Assembly (NCBI GenBank): GCA_963803145.1
Contig: CAWDLW010000008.1
Span: forward strand, 384,001 to 448,000
Length of the DNA stretch: 64,000 nt
Reading direction: 5' to 3'
Source of the DNA: Methanotrichaceae archaeon
GTDB taxonomy: Archaea > Halobacteriota > Methanosarcinia > Methanotrichales > Methanotrichaceae
A program made the translations under genes and the position numbers. Within the stretch, counting starts at the first letter, position 1; each line of letters opens with the position of its first letter. Below are positions 61,216 through 64,000 of the stretch, one piece after another. Under the pieces are notes generated by a model. The model made no database searches. It was given only the letters and a program-made list of their open reading frames with translations, and was not told the DNA's origin.

Positions 61216-61302
61216 GTTTCCAATCATTCTATTGAGGTTTCTTAAATGGATACTACTAAAATACTGGTTACTGGCGGAGCTGGGTTTATTGGTACCAACC
61301 TA

Positions 61303-62485
61303 GTACACCATAACATTAATTTCTTAACTCTAAATAATGTCTGGAGAATTTCTCTCTGGCTTTAGATTTGGTGAACTTCCATCTAACAGTTGCCTTTGCC
61401 TTGTTGCGATCCTGCTCCCAAGCGCCCGCCTCAAGGGCTAATGTCTTGATATCCCCAATTCTCCTATTCAAGCATTGTCTAGAAAGCGCGGAGAACTCAA
61501 TCTCAGCCATGTTAAGCCAGCTGCCTTTCTTTGGAGTAAAATGGAACTCAAACTTCTTGGCAAGCTCAAAAGCCATCTCAGGAGGAAAGGCTTCATAAAA
61601 TGAACCTGCGGAGTGGGTATTGAGATTGTCTTGGACAACTCGAAGCGATTCTGCATTGGGATATTGCTGAGCAAGTTCATTCATAAAATCCGCATAGTCT
61701 ACCTTTGTCCTATGCTCCTTAACACGGATCATCCTCATGCCTGCATGCGGATCAAAGGCGATAAAAACACAGCATATACCATTACGGCGATATTCGTAGT
61801 CGATTTTTTGTGGCTTTCCCGGTTTAGGAGGAACAGGAACTAAAACATTATCTATCAGTTGGCATGGCATCTCATCCATGCAGATTAAGGGATGCTTAGG
61901 ATCACAAGATTGCTCATATTGATCCAATACATCTTCCATATGCATGATGTAATCGCTTGTTATCTTGCCAATACACCATCGAACCTTTTGCCAGGGCTTG
62001 GTTTCACTTTTTTTAAAGTTCTTTGGATACTCATAGCGGAGATGGAATCTACTGCTTTCAATTCCACAAGTTTATCAGCTATAAGCTGAAGAGTCCAACT
62101 TGATCTGCCTTCTGGTGGTTCGGAACAAGCAAGGAGAGTCACTTGTGCCTCAATCGTTCCATCGATCTTTATCGGCGCTCCGCTGCGGGGCTTCTCATTT
62201 ATCGCAGAGTCTAAACCTTCCTGGCAGTATCTTTTCTTTATCTGGATTATCGTAGGTTTAGTGGTTTTTAAAACTTCTACGATCTCTTCGTTTGAGTACC
62301 CTTCATCTGCCATGAGTAGTATCCTCGCTCGGGTCAAGCTTCTTGCTGACGTCTTTCCTCGACGAATAAGTCGGTTTAGATATGCCAGGTCTTCATCTGT
62401 TAGATTTACGACGAATATAGTTTTTCTCGACATTGTTATTAGATACGGAGACTTTTTAGTTTAAAAAACTTTTGTTATGACGCGC
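61303..62485 (-). mobile_element. IS630-family insertion sequence
   Basis: Inserted at CTAG with TA duplicated (61301-61302, 62486-62487); imperfect TIRs GTACACCATAACA / GCGCGTCATAACA. Confidence 0.92.
61316..62433 (-). CDS. IS630 transposase, two ORFs joined by a probable programmed frameshift
   Basis: HTH ORF 61960-62433 and DDE ORF 61316-61945 (CMDE, DNLNTH, P..GSWLN.AE); A7 slippery run at 62008-62014. Confidence 0.9.
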
Positions 62486-63053
62486 TAGTCAATGAACTCA
62501 AGAGTAGAGGACATGAAGTAACGGCTCTAGATCTCTATAATACCGATAGAGAAAATTACATACGTGGCGATGTGCGAAACTACCGCCAACTTGAAAGAGT
62601 TTTCGATAAGCAGAAGTTCGATTATGTTTATCATTTGGCTGCAGAATACGGCCGATGGAATGGTGAAGATTATTATGAGAACCTCTGGCAGACCAATATT
62701 TTAGGCACAAAGCATATGCTCAGGCTCCAGGAGAAGGTGAAGTTTAGAATGATTTTCTTTTCTAGTGCCGAGGTTTATGGGGACTATGAAGGTATCATGT
62801 CAGAAGACGTTATGGTAAATAACCCAATAAGGGATACATATCAGATGAACGATTATGCCATAACCAAATGGGCCGGAGAGCTTATGTGCATGAACTCAGA
62901 CAAAATGTTCGGAACAGAAACCGTTCAAGTAAGGCCATTTAATTGCTATGGGCCGCATGAGCATTACAATCCTTGCAGGGGATTCATCCCTAAGTTCATT
63001 TATCATGCCCTTTTCAATAGGCCTTATACGGTCTTCAAGGGACATAAGAGAAT

Positions 63054-63359
63054 AGAGGACTACTAACAATGGGTTTAAGAGAGGAAGCAATAGGAGAAGC
63101 ATTCAATCTTGGCTCTGCTAAAGAATATAAAGTTATAGATATGGCAGGCATTGTGAACAAGCTAACTGGAAACGATACTCCTGTAATATTTACAGAACGA
63201 GGGAATTGGGATGTCAAGTGTAGATTGCTTTCTTCAGTTGAAAAAGCAAATCGGATTCTTGGATATAAACCACAAATAAAGTTTAAAGAGGGATTAGAAA
63301 AGGTATATTTATGGTTTTCAATTAACTGGAACGATATTAAACAAAGTGCAGAATTCTAA
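63054..63359 (+). pseudogene. C-terminal fragment of another NAD-dependent epimerase
   Basis: RGLLTMGLREEAIGEAFNLGS...EKA.RILGYKP...FKEGL...WF. Confidence 0.7.
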
Positions 63360-63388
63360 ACATAATATTTGTAGAGAGATAACGAATC

Positions 63389-64000
63389 ATGAAGTATTTT
63401 GTTACGGGCGGATCAGGATTCATTGGAAGCAATCTTGTTGATCGGCTTCTTTCCTCTGGTAATGAAGTGGTAATTTTCGATAACTTCTCAACAGGATTTG
63501 AGAAATTTCTATCAAATGCAAGAAGAAACAAAAATTTTACTGAAATACGTGGCGATTTGCTGAACGTAGATTTATTATCTGGTTCAATGAAAGGTTGTGA
63601 TTTTATTTTTCACCTCGCTTCAAATGCAGATGTTAGGTTTGGCACCGAGCACCCCTCAAAAGATCTCCACCAAAACACAATTGCCACGTTCAATGTTCTC
63701 GAAGCAATGCGGAGAAATTCAATTTGTAAAATTGCTTTCGCATCCACGGGCTCAGTATATGGGGAGGCTTCAATAATTCCCACTCCAGAAAATGCTCCGT
63801 TCCCAATTCAGACTTCTCTTTATGGGGCATCAAAGCTTGCGGGAGAAGGGCTAATATCGGCATATTGTGAAGGATTTGGATTTCAGTCTTGGATCTTTCG
63901 GTTTGTTTCGATTTTAGGAGAAAGGTACACTCACGGGCATATTTTTGATTTCTATAAGCAACTCCTTGATCACCCAAACAAGTTAGAGGTCTTGGGCAAT
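63389..64000 (+). CDS. NAD-dependent epimerase/dehydratase (runs off window end)
   Basis: MKYFVTGGSGFIGSNL, FHLASNADVR, FASTGSVYG, SLYGASK. Confidence 0.9.
   Translation, partial: MKYFVTGGSGFIGSNLVDRLLSSGNEVVIFDNFSTGFEKFLSNARRNKNFTEIRGDLLNVDLLSGSMKGCDFIFHLASNADVRFGTEHPSKDLHQNTIATFNVLEAMRRNSICKIAFASTGSVYGEASIIPTPENAPFPIQTSLYGASKLAGEGLISAYCEGFGFQSWIFRFVSILGERYTHGHIFDFYKQLLDHPNKLEVLGN

Larger units (their letters stand above)
61246..63066 (+). pseudogene. NAD-dependent epimerase interrupted by IS630 and truncated at the 3' end
   Basis: MDTTKILVTGGAGFIGTNL | IS | VNELKSRGHEV...HLAAEYG...YAITK; removing the IS restores the frame. Confidence 0.88.

Noticed and set aside
61316-62433. Transposase as a pseudogene
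   Set aside because: A split at an A7 slippery run is typical of IS630 programmed frameshifting

Overview
Archaeal methanogen DNA, most consistent with Methanothrix/Methanotrichaceae (archaeal ThrRS, SRP19, UPF0280, many NosD/DUF11 surface proteins); the taxonomy is inferred from gene content. Layout: (1) 1-17.6 kb, secreted/surface proteins (PKD/DUF11, three NosD beta-helix genes, two pentapeptide-repeat proteins, a transglutaminase-like protein, a BMP binding protein); (2) 17.7-22.5 kb, housekeeping genes (nifB-like, srp19, PHP, DUF2209, hflX, UPF0280) with an 18x21-bp tandem repeat over the hflX start; (3) 22.6-27.8 kb, a RelE-type module and an AT-rich island with three MITEs; (4) 27.8-47.3 kb, thrS, metabolic genes and a kaiC-kaiB-kaiB-kaiB-hybrid kinase operon; (5) 48-64 kb, the start of a surface-glycan locus. 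The first ~10 kb of that locus is the most striking feature: eight co-oriented copies of a ~100-130 bp structured repeat separate cassettes carrying mostly toxin-antitoxin pairs, interleaved with truncated 5' copies of the locus's own epimerase and glycosyltransferase genes. A GxxExxY nuclease gene between hairpin repeats follows, then GT2 genes, wecB and an epimerase disrupted by an IS630. No integrase for the array is visible in the window. Family assignments come from motif recognition by eye, not database searches.
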